Shown: positions 34,145 through 46,439 of the stretch, piece by piece
Numbering within the stretch: position 1 is the stretch's first letter
Layout of the letters: every line of letters starts with the position of its first letter
Assembly (NCBI GenBank): GCA_013239625.1
Contig: MU053216.1
Span: forward strand, 2,134,943 to 2,198,942
Reading direction: 5' to 3'
Source: Lama guanicoe
Lineage: Eukaryota
DNA: 64,000 nucleotides
The notes under the pieces: generated by a model
What the model saw: only the letters and a program-made list of their open reading frames with translations
What the model was told of the DNA's origin: nothing
Databases searched by the model: none
Made by a program: the position numbers and the translations under genes

Positions 34145-35640
34145 TCTAAAAATGGAGCTATAGTTTACACACAGTTGAAATGCAGTGTTTCAGTTGAATG
34201 AGTTTTCAGCAGTGTGGGCGCCTGTGTAATCCACATCCTGGATCAAGGCTCAGGGTACTTTCATCCCCCCAGAAGGTTTCCTCGAACCTCTTCCCAGGCA
34301 GCCTCCGCACCCCGACGCCCGCCTCCCACCCTGCTCCTCCAAGCAACCGCTCTTCTGATCGCCTTCATTATCGTTACCTGTTCTAGAATTTAATATAAAT
34401 GCACTCATAAGGATTATTTTCTTAAGTGTGATTATGTTATCCGTGTCGCATATGAAATACATGCAGTTTAGTTGAATCTAGTTGTTTCTGTTTCAGTTTA
34501 GTTTTAGATTTCTCCCTTTCGATGCTTGCTTCGAATGCGTAGAGCCTTGCTCAGCACCACATGTCCACATGCATCCGGAAGCACCGGCTCTTCCTGTGTT
34601 CCCAGCTCTTCCCCGCCACCCGCTGGACCTTGTAAGTAACAACTTCAGTGTTTCTGGCTAATTCTTCTGTGTTTCGACTTCGCCGTTTTTTCCTGTCAGT
34701 TGTTTTTTTCAGATGGGGGGATTTTAATTTGTATCCTAGAAAAAGTCCATTTCTCTGCTGAGAAACTGCTTGACTTCACTCAGTGTGTTTGTATTTTCCC
34801 TGAAGTATTTAAATAAATTCACAGTAACTTAAACAGATTTCCTTCCGCCGGTTCTAACAGCCCTGCCACCTGTGGGTCAGCTTCCGCTGGATGTTTTTTT
34901 TTTTCCTTTTCTGGTGCTGGTTACTGTTTTCTTCTTCTTGAGGTGTCCAGTTATTTTTCAGTGGTGCTGGAGAGCATGGTTCCTACGTTGCGGAGGGTTT
35001 ACCCTTAAGCAGTGCTGCGTTCTGCTCCGGCAGGTGGTTAACTTACTGGTGGGTTGACACCGTCCTTTTGAGACTTGTTTTTAACAGTTGTTGAAGTGAA
35101 TCCAGAGTAGTCTCTACCCTGGGGCCAGAATAGCCCTACTCCTAATGTCTGGGGTGTGGGAGTTTTATTTGAATGCCTGGGGTCAGTTCCTGCCAGTCTG
35201 GCTGGTCAGAAATCCTGTGTCTCCCAACTGTGCAATCTTCAGAAATACCATTCAGATCCCTGCTCCCCTAGTGTTTGGCCTCCCTGACCTTGCAGGTTTC
35301 TGAAATTCCTTCTTTGCACAGATCCTTCCCCTCTGGTTCTGTGCTCTGCAAATTCCGCCTGCTGCCCCAGCCCTTACTCTGGTTCCCACCTTCTTAGTTT
35401 AGCAAGACCCCCGTGTTCTGGTTGGTCTCCACCTCTCTGTGCCACAGTCTGGAAAGTTTCTTTAGAGGCAAAAAAAAAAAAAAGTGGGCTTTATCTTGTG
35501 TGTGTGTTTTCCTTCTTTCCAAGATCACAGTCTGTGGCTGCTGGTCCACCAGCATCTGCACAGCGTGGCTCCAGGTGCTGGCCGTTCACAGCAGAAGGCT
35601 GGTGTGCTCCGCTCGCTCCATCATGGCTGGAAGCAGAAAC
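34145..35640 (-). mobile_element. Old L1M fragments: a 3'-end piece (~34150-34460) and a 5'-region piece (~34720-35640)
   Basis: AATGAGTTTTCAGCAGTGTG...TCATCCCCCAGAAGGTTTCC...TTCTAGAATTTAATATAAATG, and TGAGACTTGTTTTTAA...CTCTGCAAATTCC...CATCATGGCTGGAAGCAGAA. Confidence 0.55.
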
Positions 35641-37032
35641 TCCCAGCCAGTGCTTCTAATGAAGACTTTTCCGTGTCACTAGGAATTTGAGTAGCAGTCT
35701 GCCTCCCTTTGGACATTGCCTAGTACAGCCTTGGGTGGCTGGCTTTAGCTGATGCAGAAGTAAGCAAGCACTGGGGGCAGAAGTTTTTCAGATTTCCAAA
35801 TAGCTAAACACTTCGCATGTATGTGCATAATCCCAGGAAGTGACAAAAATGGGACTTAAAACACTTCTTAAAGAAAATGACAGAGACGTATTTCATGATG
35901 ACGTACAGTGAACGCAGGACTTCCTTTTCATACATTTCTTGTATTTTTACAATTTCAAGCTTTTAAAATTTAGTATATTAGAAAACCTTTAAAATAGTCA
36001 CCCTTTAAAGATAAAAGAATAAAGGTAGGATGGGTTAATATGATGTAAACCTTGTAGAGAGAGCTGTACCTTGATGCTTCCTAACCACGTGCCGTTTCGG
36101 CAGGACTGTGGTGTCGTGAACGTGTTTTCCTCCTGAAACGTGTGGCCAACTAGTCACAGCTCATCGTGTTTTCTAGAAGATACATATTTGATTGTATTTG
36201 TAGAAGCGAACGAGAGTGTTTTGCTGGAGTTAAGATTTAAACACTTAGGGAATAGTTTTCTTTCATCACTTGTGTCCTGAGCGTTAACACGCGCACTATA
36301 CCCGTAGTGTCGCTGTGGTTGGTTGTGTGACTCTGCGGCGTGTTGCGTTCACACTGAAGGGTGGACGGCAGCAGAGGTGAGGCTCAGAGGTGGGGGGTCG
36401 GCGGAAGTGACTGTCCAGGTGAGCTCAGCAGCATGAGCAGGAAGAACGAGGAGACCGCAGAGTGTGTGAGGGTCAGCAGGAGGCCCACGTGACAAAGCAC
36501 GGGGCCGAGCGGACTGGCGCGGGACCAGGGAGCAGTCCTTTTGTGACCATTTACGAGTGTCAGTTACACCAGGCGATGTGGAGTTTTCTAGTTTCAGTTC
36601 TGGTCTCCAAGGAGCCTACAGTCTATTGGGGAGACAGACATATAATAAATCTTCATAATATAATTATCAAAGTAAGTTTTATTGTGCCAGAGGTTAGCTT
36701 TTGTGTGCAGAGAGAAATATTTAAGGAATATTACTGAAATTATGTTAAATTTGTATTGAAGTTAAAATGACTTTTCTTGAAATTTAATTTTAACTTACAA
36801 AGCTTGAGCCTCTGTTTTATTTTCTTCACTGTTTCTTTGTCTCTATCTGATTATCTTAGTTAAACAGATTAACTCCCCTTAAAATTTTGATCTCTTTTAG
36901 GAATTTAGCTAACGGAATTCCCTTAAATATTTAAAAATAATTTTAAAGTTAATATATCATATTTTCTTTTTAAGCACTTCAAATATATAATTAGGAAACT
37001 ATATAATTCTAGTAATAAAAATTCTCAAGCAC

Positions 37033-37138
37033 TTAATTTTTTTTTATTGAAGTAGAGTCAGTTACAGTGTGTCAATTTCTGGTGTGCAGCACAGTGTCCC
37101 AGTCATGCATACACATACATGTATTCGTTTTCATATTC
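37033..37138 (-). mobile_element. Very short L1 3' end with an 11-bp TSD
   Basis: TSD TTCTCAAGCAC at 37022-37032 and 37139-37149; body TTATTGAAGTAGAGTCAGTTACAGTGTGTCAATTTCTGGTG. Confidence 0.9.
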
Positions 37139-38109
37139 TTCTCAAGCACCTTAAATAACTCTTGAAAATGTAATCAATTAAACCTGGACGTCAATGTTGT
37201 GTTTGTTTCCACGTCTTCCCAGACACTTACCTGCTAAAAGAGACAGGACATCACAGGTGTGCTGGGGTTGCTTGGCCGGCATTTCGTAGCCGTCACATGG
37301 CTGTCACCTTGGGCAGGCTGGCTCTCTCGCTCTGGGATTCGAGTTTGGGAGTAAGGCTTGTCCTGAGCGCAAACAGACACAAGGAACAAGCTTGCGGTCA
37401 CCACAACAAAAGAAAACTCCGAGTCCTTCTAGCCTCCGGAGTGAGACTCCTCCTGCAGCCTGCCTGCCCCGGGCGCTGTCCTCTCACTCAGCATTTCCTA
37501 ACCTGTTACAACTGCAATCACCTGCGTGGACGAGCTCTGCTGCCCGTGCGCAGTGTCTGTCACCACTCGATTGGATTCTCCTGGTCTGTTTATTGTCTGG
37601 TTCTTTGCACTTCTGATTTTTGGCTGCAGCTCCAAGCTCTTCTGACAGTGACCTTGCTGAACCAACCGAAACAGACACGTGTGCCGAGTGGGGAACGTAA
37701 GAAGGAAAGCCTGCTTCCTGTGTTGGTCAAATGCCTTCTCTCTCTGAGCCTCTTGAAACCTATGCTTACTTCTATTTTGCTGCTTCTGAAAAGATATTCT
37801 CTTATTTTGTTAGTTTTTCCCCAGTAGAACGTATGAGCTTTTTGAGAGATGGGGCTGTGCCCGCCTTTACATTACACCTTAGGACCCGGCAAATATTTGT
37901 TGGATAAAATCTTTAATACTTAAATAAATGCCATAGCATTAAAATAGCTTGATTGGAGTGAAGTGAGGTCAGAAGCAGGAACAACACTTTAAAAAGTATT
38001 TAGATAACCTCAGTGATACATCATGGAGTCAGTGGGAAAAAACAAGAAGGTGCGTTTAGGGGATGCTCGTTTAGGAAGCAGGATTGGGAGGGCGGATGCC
38101 TGGGTGATG

Positions 38110-38334
38110 GGACGTGGGAAGGGGTAAGTCTGGGAGATCAAGATTTGCAAATATTAACTACTATATAAAAATAGATAAAAGAGTTTCTTCTGTCGAGCAC
38201 AGAGAACTATATTCAATACCTTGTAACAGCCTTTAATGAAAAAGAACATGAAAACTAATATAGGCATGTTTGTGCCTGACTGGGACGCTGTGCTGCACAC
38301 ATTGTAACTGAGTGCACTTCAGTTGAAAAAAAAG
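38110..38334 (+). mobile_element. Short L1 3' end inserted in L2-like sequence
   Basis: GGGAGATCAAGATTTGCAAATATTAACTACTATATAAAAATAGATAAA...CTATATTCAATACCTTGTAAC...TGTAACTGAGTGCACTTCAG plus an A tail. Confidence 0.88.
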
Positions 38335-38339
38335 AATTA

Positions 38340-38830
38340 ATCTAATTAGTTTCTTAGAAGACTGGATAGACGATCATAATTGAAATTGTTGCTCAGGAAG
38401 CACAGATGTATGCAGTGCACGGGGCTGGTAAAGCCAGTTTCAGAAATGTGTCTGAGGTGATTGTGAGCTACCCAGGCGGACACTTCCAGGAGGTTGTTTG
38501 GAGGAAAGTTCTAAAACTGATAAATCTAGGTGAGAGGGAAGATGCACAGTAATCAGCCCTGGATGGTAACTGAGATGGGAGAGTGGTTAAGACTCTCCAC
38601 GGGGAGGAGGTCGAGTGAGAAGAGAATATGGTTAATTTAACTTTAGGGAAAATCAAAACTTGATGACTTCCGTCCTGACAGTAGAGGGGTCAGCAGACTC
38701 AGGAGAAAGATGGGGAAAATTGGGAGGGATGCAGCAAGCCTAGTTATCACCGAGCCAAGAAGGACGGGTTGTACAGTTAACAAGAGCCTCAGATAAGGAC
38801 CAGAGGGAGGCCTTTGGGTGTGGGAGTCAG
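38340..38830 (-). mobile_element. L2 fragment
   Basis: CAGTTTCAGAAATGTGTCTGAGGTGATTGTGAGCTACCCAGGCGGACACTTCCAGGAGG resembles reverse-strand L2. Confidence 0.55.
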
Positions 38831-39452
38831 GAAGCTCGGAGGCGGGGCGAGGGAAGAGCTGCATTCACACGCAAGTGCGCAGAAGTCCCAGTCGGTCCCT
38901 CCGGTTGGCTGGGACGCAGACCTGCGTGAACGTGTGTCCCTGCACTGCTGGTCCTGCCGGTCCTGTCCCAGGCCAGCTGCTCGGGGTTTCTGATCCGCAG
39001 TGTGAAACGGAAACAAACCCTCACAGCGCTGCTGTGAGGGCGAGCGCTGGCAACCTGTGCTTTCTAGGCGAAGCGCTCACTGAGGCGCAGTGCATTTTGA
39101 CGGGGGTGGGGGTGGGGGGACTTTGGAACTTGGAGAGGACGAGGCCAGCTCCTCCTTCCTTTTCCTCACATAGCCCTTGACATCACTGAGGACCAGCCAA
39201 GTCCACGCTAGGGGCGAGTGCCTATAAATAAAGCACAGGTCTCAATGACTTCTTGTTGTGGTTGACAGGCCTCAAATGATGACCACTATTATGTTATTTC
39301 CAGAGCAAAATGTTTTTCAAGTTACAACCGCATTGCACATGGACCTTGAGGAGAGCTAGTGTGTAAGTAAGTGGAGCATTACCTCCGTTGCCTTGTCGGG
39401 TAGCAACCATATCTCCCTCTGGTGTGCAAAAGGCAGCCTCGTTCCAGCAAAC

Positions 39453-39492
39453 TGTGTGTGTCGGTGGGGGTGTGTGTGTGTGTGTGTGTGTG
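39453..39492 (+). repeat. Interrupted (TG)n microsatellite
   Basis: TGTGTGTGTCGGTGGGGG(TG)n. Confidence 0.9.
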
Positions 39493-40254
39493 TAACAGAG
39501 TATGGAAACTCCCAGTGGAGAAACTGACGTTTGAGAATCACAATTCGCATGTCACACAGGAAGAAGCACACGGATTTCAGGAGACAGGAGTGTTCTCCTG
39601 AAGGTAAAACTTGAATCATGTGCAAATTAAACATGACGCTGAAGCCTTTGTAATTATAACAGTGATAAAGTTTAAAGCTCTTTTAGAAACACTGTTTAAA
39701 AATGTCCTTTTCAGAACTTTAGAATGCCTCTTTGTGTTTGTGAAGGTGTAAGTCACCTCCGCTGAGCTTAAGTAAAATGGTTTCTTTTCTACTTCTCTTC
39801 CACGTCTCCCACCTTCTGTGCTGACTTCCAGGTTTCTGGGAAATAATGGAGAGGTCTAAGCTGCCTGCAGCTACTTCAAAGTCGGGTACTGTAGAAGCCA
39901 GGAATTTTAATCTTTGCAGGTGCTGACAATTTTATAAATTTGAATTTTTGCCTTAAATTATGTATTTTGTTTTTCTGGACTCAAATGTGGCATCAGCCTG
40001 TGAGTCACAGGCTCTGCTGGTGTTTCGGGAGAAGCCAGCCCTGCCTATGGACCAGCTAAGTTGAAAGTACAACGAGAACTCAGGGTCGGCAAACCAGTTA
40101 GAACCTTGTGTTCGCTCAGTGGCATCAGAGTTTCAACAATTCTTTATTAAACTGACTTTGTGACATCGATGAAAAATAGTGCTTTGAGAAATGGGAAAAC
40201 GGGAAGAAAAAGGACCTGTGCAAAATACTTTATTTTGGGTTTGGCATTCAGGTT

Positions 40255-40450
40255 TCCCACAGCGGGGGGGTGTGAAAGTGGACTTGGGCCCCCTCCCCCG
40301 CCCACTTCCGGTCCCTCGGGGAGAAGTGCCCGGGGAGCGTGGCTGCGCCGGGGCCCCCGGCGGCGGGCTTTCCTGCTGACTCGGTTGCTGCTGGCGAGAG
40401 GCCCGCTGGCCCCCGCGGCCCTGCGACGCGCAGCGCGCTGAACGTTCTGA
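40255..40450. promoter_or_regulatory. Small CpG island with adjoining GC box and ETS (GABP-type) motif
   Basis: CCCCGCCCACTTCCGGT at 40296-40312, followed by CpG-dense sequence. Confidence 0.6.
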
Positions 40451-40544
40451 GTGCTTTCTCATCCGAACCCAGAGTCCTCTCAGTTTTATCTAAAACCCCT
40501 GCCCCTCTTGGTGCGAAGAGTTCTTCCCCTGGTTCTCGTCCCCA

Positions 40545-40700
40545 GCTTACCTGTTTGCATCTTCTGGGGGAGCTTTTAATGGCCCCATGCCCAGGCTGCG
40601 CCCAGCCGGTGAGACCCGGCCTCTAGGCGTGAGGTCTGGGACCAGGGTGGTGGTTCTCAGCGTCCCGAGTGTCTCCGTAGTGCAGTCACGGTTCTAGACT
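40545..40700. mobile_element. MER5A-like hAT MITE, GC-substituted
   Basis: CTGGGGGAGCTTTTAA...ATGCCCAGGCTGCGCCCAG...CTCTAGG...GGGACCAGGG...GTGCAGTCACGGTT. Confidence 0.5.
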
Positions 40701-40807
40701 CTCTTCATGCAGCTGGCCTTGTCGTTTCCCACGCAGTCAGAGGCGGGAGTGGGGCTGTGGCTGCAGGCCGTAAGTCAGTTGATACCAGGAGGATGCAGGG
40801 CAGAGAC

Positions 40808-41161
40808 TGGTGCTTGCTGGGCCGTGTCCCCGCGACACCCACCCGTGTGGAGTCCCCAGCTCTCAGGACCTCGGATGTGAGTGTGTTTGGAGACAGGGCT
40901 TTAGCGAGGTTAAGTTAAAGTGAGGTCATCAGGTTGGGTCCTAACCCAAAACGACCTGTGTCCTTGTGCCAGGAGGAGGTGAGGGCACAGACATTTGCAC
41001 ACAAGGAAGAAGGTGTGAAGACACAGAGAGACGGCCATCTACGGGCCAAGGAGCGAGGCCTCCTGCTGACACCTCGACCTCAGTCCTGAGCCTCCAGAAC
41101 TGTGCAAAGTCTGTCCCCAGCCTGTGGTACCTTCCTAGGGTAACCCTAGCAAACACACACA
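40808..41161 (+). mobile_element. MaLR solo LTR (MLT1B/C-like)
   Basis: ACCTCGGATGTGAGTGTGTTTGGAGACAGGGCTTT...AAGTTAAAGTGAGGTCAT...GTGTCCTT...GACGGCCATCTAC...CCTGCTGACACCTCGAC...GCCTCCAGAACTGTG...CCCTAGCAAAC. Confidence 0.9.
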
Positions 41162-42846
41162 GGGGTCAAAGGGGTTTAGGGATGGGAAAGGAAGGGAGAA
41201 AAGAAGAAAAGGAGGAAGGAAAGAAAAAGAATTCTTTGTGAAGCACCTTGTGAAAACGAAGGTCGCTGGTACCAGCGCTGCCTTGCTGTGTGGACCGCTC
41301 TCCTGGGAAGGTCCTCGGTGCTGAGATGGTTTAACTGAGAGCCAGTGGCTGAGACCTTGGCCTGATGAGCACTGCGGAAGCGGGAGGTGGCCGCAGGTGC
41401 CACACGGATTTCCGTGCTGTCCAGACACACACCCGGCCCAGTGGTTTATAAGCATTTCGCCACCAGACTTCTCTTCCAGATTCGTGCTGTGGTGTTGCCT
41501 ATGAGTGCTTCATATGAAGTTACAGTGCCATGTGCTATTCAAGGAAGAAGCACGTCCTGTTCAGTTTTTGACTTACCAAATGACAAATAGGAGGGACTCA
41601 AAAGTGCTTGTTGAATGAATGATCACACTGATTACTTAGTGAGTGATAAGCCGCTGTATTAAGTCTGAGTGATCGGAATTGGTTTTCAAAAGACTTTACT
41701 ATCTATGTTCTTTAAAATACGTCTTGTCTTCCACTTGGCCCACTGATGCTGGGTAATTTCCTGCAGATTGCGTCTGTGTGGCTCATTTTACGTCTGTGTG
41801 GTTTAATGCATCTCCCCGCCGGAGTTGCATTTCATTTGTGGAATTCGTTGTCTTCCAGTCAAAGTTGGTTTCTCATGTCTGCGTGGCTATAAACCGTGGA
41901 TCCCAGCCCATGCTCAGCAGACACGTGTGGAGCCTCTGGCCTGTGCCAGGCGCTGTGTTAGGGGTTCACAGAGACGTCCAGCAAGATTCTCTGTTTGCCA
42001 GGGTCTTGCACTTAGACTGGGGAGCGAGGTGGGTGACTAGGTAAGGTGTAATGTGCGAGTGTAACAGAGGCAGGGAGCAGATGCCAGTGGGAACTAGGGG
42101 TGAGAACTTTTAGATCCGCCTGGGGGCTCGGAGGAGCCTTCATAGAGAAAGGGTCATGTGGGAATTTACGCGGGCAGAGAGGGCGGGTGAGGGTGAACCA
42201 AGGAGGGGAATGCTGGAGCTCAGAGCCTGCAGCTGCTGGGCAGCCTTAGCCCTTGAGTGCTTTCATCCCGTGCAGCCTTGACGCCTTCAGGAACGGGTAC
42301 CACTAGCATTCAGCCAGCTTGCCTTGTTACAGAAAATGCCTCCCCGGGAAGAGACGAAGTGGCAGAGAAGAAGCCTGGGGTCACGCCATTTCTCGATCTG
42401 ATCTCCAGGTAACGCCGCCAGCCCAAGCCGCCTTCTTGTCTGGGGCTGCGTCTTGTATTTCGCTGTTGGCAAGGGACTGGTCCATACCCTGCACGGGAAC
42501 AGCATGTAAAGATATACATTAGGGTGTAATTTTTAGAGATGAATATTATGTGGTGATAGAAATGGGTTTAATCTTACACACTTTTCTGTTGGACTACGTG
42601 CAAGTTAAATATATGCCTTGAAACAGTAATTGTCGTCTTAAAAAATGCCGTCTTTATAAATTGATGCCCCCCAAAAAACTTTCATTAAGAACACAATCAG
42701 TACTTTTTTGCTTTGCCAGTCTTGTCATCTAGAAAACATGTGATGTTTATACAGTTTTCAAAGCTCCGTCTGATTCAGTTAGGCGCCCAGAGACCTGCGT
42801 GAATCATTAATTCCGCACTGCCCAGCACGGTCCCGCCAAGCTTTGC

Positions 42847-42978
42847 NNNNNNNNNNNNNNNNNNNNNNNNNNNNNNNNNNNNNNNNNNNNNNNNNNNNNN
42901 NNNNNNNNNNNNNNNNNNNNNNNNNNNNNNNNNNNNNNNNNNNNNNNNNNNNNNNNNNNNNNNNNNNNNNNNNNNNNN
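42847..42978. other. Assembly gap (N run) in non-repeat sequence
   Basis: Run of N. Confidence 1.
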
Positions 42979-43984
42979 TCTCCACCCATTAAAAAGACAT
43001 CTGTGTTCATAAAGGGACCAAGGGGGCTGTGAGCTGTTAGAACTGTTGCGGAATAAGAATCAGGTGTCCCCTGCCCGGATAATGTAGTGCTCAGCTTTGG
43101 CCTTTTGGGGACAGGAGGCCAGTGACACGCGCCTGTGTTTCCAGGTACAAGAACAGTGGCCCGAGAGGTCACCCGTTGTGGCCCACGGATTAGAACAAAT
43201 GTGCTGTTACAAAGAGCAGGTGTGCACGTCAGTAAGAAGAGAGAGGCAAGTAGAAATAGCAATTTAAAAATATTCCTCCCAGGTATCTAAAATAATACAG
43301 CACCTGCATGAACCATTACAACATATGGGCTCCTTTCCGAAAAGTATAAAACACTTTGTAGAAGTGACTGTAATTGACCAGTTAAAGAATCAAGGCAAAC
43401 GCGTTAATTTTTAAAAGAGAAAACTAGATGCTAACCAATTGCAATAATACCTTATTTCTGTGTCTCTGGTAGTTTGGAGAGTACAAAGCGTTTCACAAAC
43501 GTGTTGATGATGATAATAAAAAAGCTGACGTACAGAGGAGATACCTGGTAATTGAAAAGGCTACAGATCTAGAAAATTGTCATCATTAAATACTGAATAT
43601 GGAAGCAGATTATTCTCACTGTGATCTAAATGTCTTAGGTTTTTTAAATGGAGACTTATTTGCTCAAGTCTTTTAAAAACCAAACAAATGTGTAAGTGCT
43701 TTTTGCATATACCTGCTGCCAGGGCACCAGGAGCCCAGGGTGCCTGCTCTGTGTGCCTGGCGCAGCCGTGTGCACAAGCCCGGCTCACTGGCACACCAGG
43801 CTCGCCCGGGGAGGGGACAGGTGAGCTGGGGCTAAGGCAGACGAGGAAGACCGGGTCCCTCCCCCGACACAGACACCTGCGCAGGTCAGCAGGGATGGCA
43901 GCACTGAGCAGAAGGACACGGTGGTGATGGGTGGGTTTAAATGACGTCCAAAGGGAACAAAACCTGACAAACGGTGCTTGCTCG

Positions 43985-44365
43985 GTGGAGAGGAGGGAGG
44001 TGGTAGTGATGGAGAGGGACCAGAGGGCGTGTTTTGGAACGCTGGTGATGCTGTGTGTCTTGATTAGGGGATGTTCATAGGTGTGTTCACTGTTATTCAC
44101 TAAGCTGTACACTTTAATATTAATACATTTTATTAAATTATATTAATAAATCTTATATATTAATTTTATAAATATATATATCAATGTTGATTATATCTTT
44201 AATTCTACATATTAATATTGTATTTAATATTTTAATATATTTTATATAATCAATATTTATATTTTAATATATTTGATATTAATACAATATAATTGATATA
44301 TAAATATATTTTAAGATGAGTATCTTTTCTGGATGTAGGTTATATTTCAATTCAAAATTTACAAA
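43985..44365 (+). mobile_element. Old L1M 3' end interrupted by an AT-rich expansion
   Basis: GCTGGTGATGCTGTGTGTCTTGAT...ATAGGTGTGTTCACT...ATTCACTAAGCTGTACACTT [AT-rich insert] TTAAGATGAG...TGTAGGTTATATTTCAAT. Confidence 0.7.
44113..44312. repeat. ~200-bp extremely AT-rich, quasi-palindromic tract
   Basis: Almost no G or C, with several inverted 10-11-mers (see findings). Confidence 0.9.
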
Positions 44366-45255
44366 AATTACATGTTTGACATCCAGGTTTGTTAAAGAAT
44401 TCCACTAATATAAGTTAAGGAGCAAAATAAATTCAGAACCCCCAAATATACATCCAAGCTTGGCCACCATGAGTGCCTCCCCATGTCTTCCCAGCCTTCT
44501 CTACACCTGCCCGCCTCCAGAGACCTCACCATGAGGTCCTGGGATAAAAATGTAGAAATGAGACATAGTATAAAAAGGCTCATGTCCAGGTAGAAAGATG
44601 AATCAGAAGTTGAAAGCAGCTATATCAATATCATGCTGACTGTCTGGGTAAACAGTGTGGGACTCTATCAAACGTGCGGCTAGTCGGTTGCTACCAGGTT
44701 ATCTGAGAAAAATTTAACCAATTGCTTGATCCCTGATTTTTAGGCAGGTGTATGACAAGTTACGTAAAAGCAATTGATTCACAGAAGTCTGGACATTTAG
44801 AAGAAAATGACTCTGTTTTGTGAATCACATCACTGGGGAGCAAAATATTGTCATGGGAACACTCTGTCCGGATACCACTGGACCCTATAGAGGAAGTGAC
44901 GGTAAGATAAGCGAATTGCCACCCTACATGTAGTGGAATTAAACCAAAGTAAGTAGTTTTATCTGGTCAATAGGAAGGCATAAGTCCCCACAAATTATAA
45001 ATGAATACTGCAGCCTTTCTGGAGGAATGCAGTGGGGTCAATGAGGGGAGCAGTGGGACATCCAGAAACTCCTTTATTCCCGAGCTAAAGTTTTCTCATT
45101 ATTTTGACCTTTGACGTCATCATGTATCACAGTGTTATCAATAAGAAATTTGAAGAGAATCCATTTTTCCCTTAAAAATTTGTTTTTATTGAAGTATGCT
45201 GTAAATCAAAAGGAACAAAACACTCAAGGTCCTATAATCTCAAGAAATGGCTCTT

Positions 45256-45412
45256 TTTTATAATTTTATTTTTGGGGATAGGTAATCAGGTTTATTTATT
45301 TTTATTGATTTATATATTAAAAAACTTTTTTAAAATGGAGGTACTGGATATTGAACCCAGGACCTTGTGCGTGCTAAGCACACACTCTACCACTGAACTC
45401 TACCCTCCCCCT
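45256..45412 (-). mobile_element. Camelid vic-1-type SINE (long-tail form) with a 14-bp TSD
   Basis: AATGGAGGTACTGGATATTGAACCCAGGACCTTGTGCGTGCTAAGCACACACTCTACCACTGAACTCTACCCTCCCC. TSD AAGAAATGGCTCTT (45242-45255) / AAGAGATGGCTCTT (45413-45426). Confidence 0.93.
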
Positions 45413-46099
45413 AAGAGATGGCTCTTGGTGGCTTGATGTACTGGCCTCCAGGAGAGCTCGGTACCTCTGTGTCCCAAGTGAAGATATGTTTCATTGACAT
45501 GTACAGTATTATTATTGAGTTTCGATAATTCTGGATTCTCTGATTTAAGCTCGTAGCTTCTCTGCAAGAATGAAACCCCTTGAGCTGCCTCCCTTCTGAT
45601 ACTTGGGGGCTGTGTGCCATTTCAGGCACTGTTTAAGGAGGAGTAGCGATTCACGGTTCTGTTCTTTAATATTTCTAATGGTCTCCTGAGGTATTGCTTG
45701 AATATTTTATTTTTTTTAGCTTAGTTTTTGTTACAGGTGAGGATGATGTTTGTTTGTTTTTGAATTACTGTGTAGAGAGAAGGTGATTGATTTAGTAACA
45801 AAGTGTCAGAACCAGTAACTCTTTCTTTGTAAAGGAAATTAGAATCGCTGTAGGGAGATGTCCCCTCTGCTGGGCTTCAAGAGAGGACGCTGTTGCTTCT
45901 CTGTCTGTCAAATAATACAATGTACTTATTAAGTACTGAATGTTTGCACAACAGTGATTGACCATTGACTAGTAAATAAGGATTTGCTTTTATCTGCACA
46001 GCCCATCTGCTTGGTTAATTTCCTAATATTTAATTGCATCAAAATGCAGGGTGAGGTAACCTGGACTTCAGATCCGAAGAAATGAAACAGCAGATTCAG

Positions 46100-46260
46100 T
46101 GGTTCTGGAATTTGGAGGCAGGAGCTCTAGCTTTACATTTTATTTTTACTGTTTATTATGTTAATTTAGGTGAGTCACTTCATCTCTTCAGACTTTAAAA
46201 AATGGAAATGATATAACATCTCCTCCGCAGGATTACAGTGAGGATAGAATGGGATCAGAT
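46100..46260 (-). mobile_element. MIR SINE fragment
   Basis: TTTGGAGGCAGGAG...GGTGAGTCACTTCATCTCT...AAAATGGAAATGATATAACATCT...GTGAGGATAGAATG. Confidence 0.6.
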
Positions 46261-46439
46261 GAACTAGAGTTGAAGTGCATGTCTTAGCCTGCATCCCATA
46301 AAAGCTCTTCCCTAAAGGTCCCAGCAGTGGGGCCTCAGGTGCCTGCAGGATGAGCCTTCATGCTAGGAAGTGCTTTCAAATTCCATTTTAATATGTATCC
46401 TTTGTGCTTTGTCTCATTCTGTGCTTCCAGTCAACTCCT

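Noticed and set aside
37297-37827. 176-aa plus-strand ORF
   Set aside because: Leu/Cys-rich, random-looking composition with no domain or splice support.
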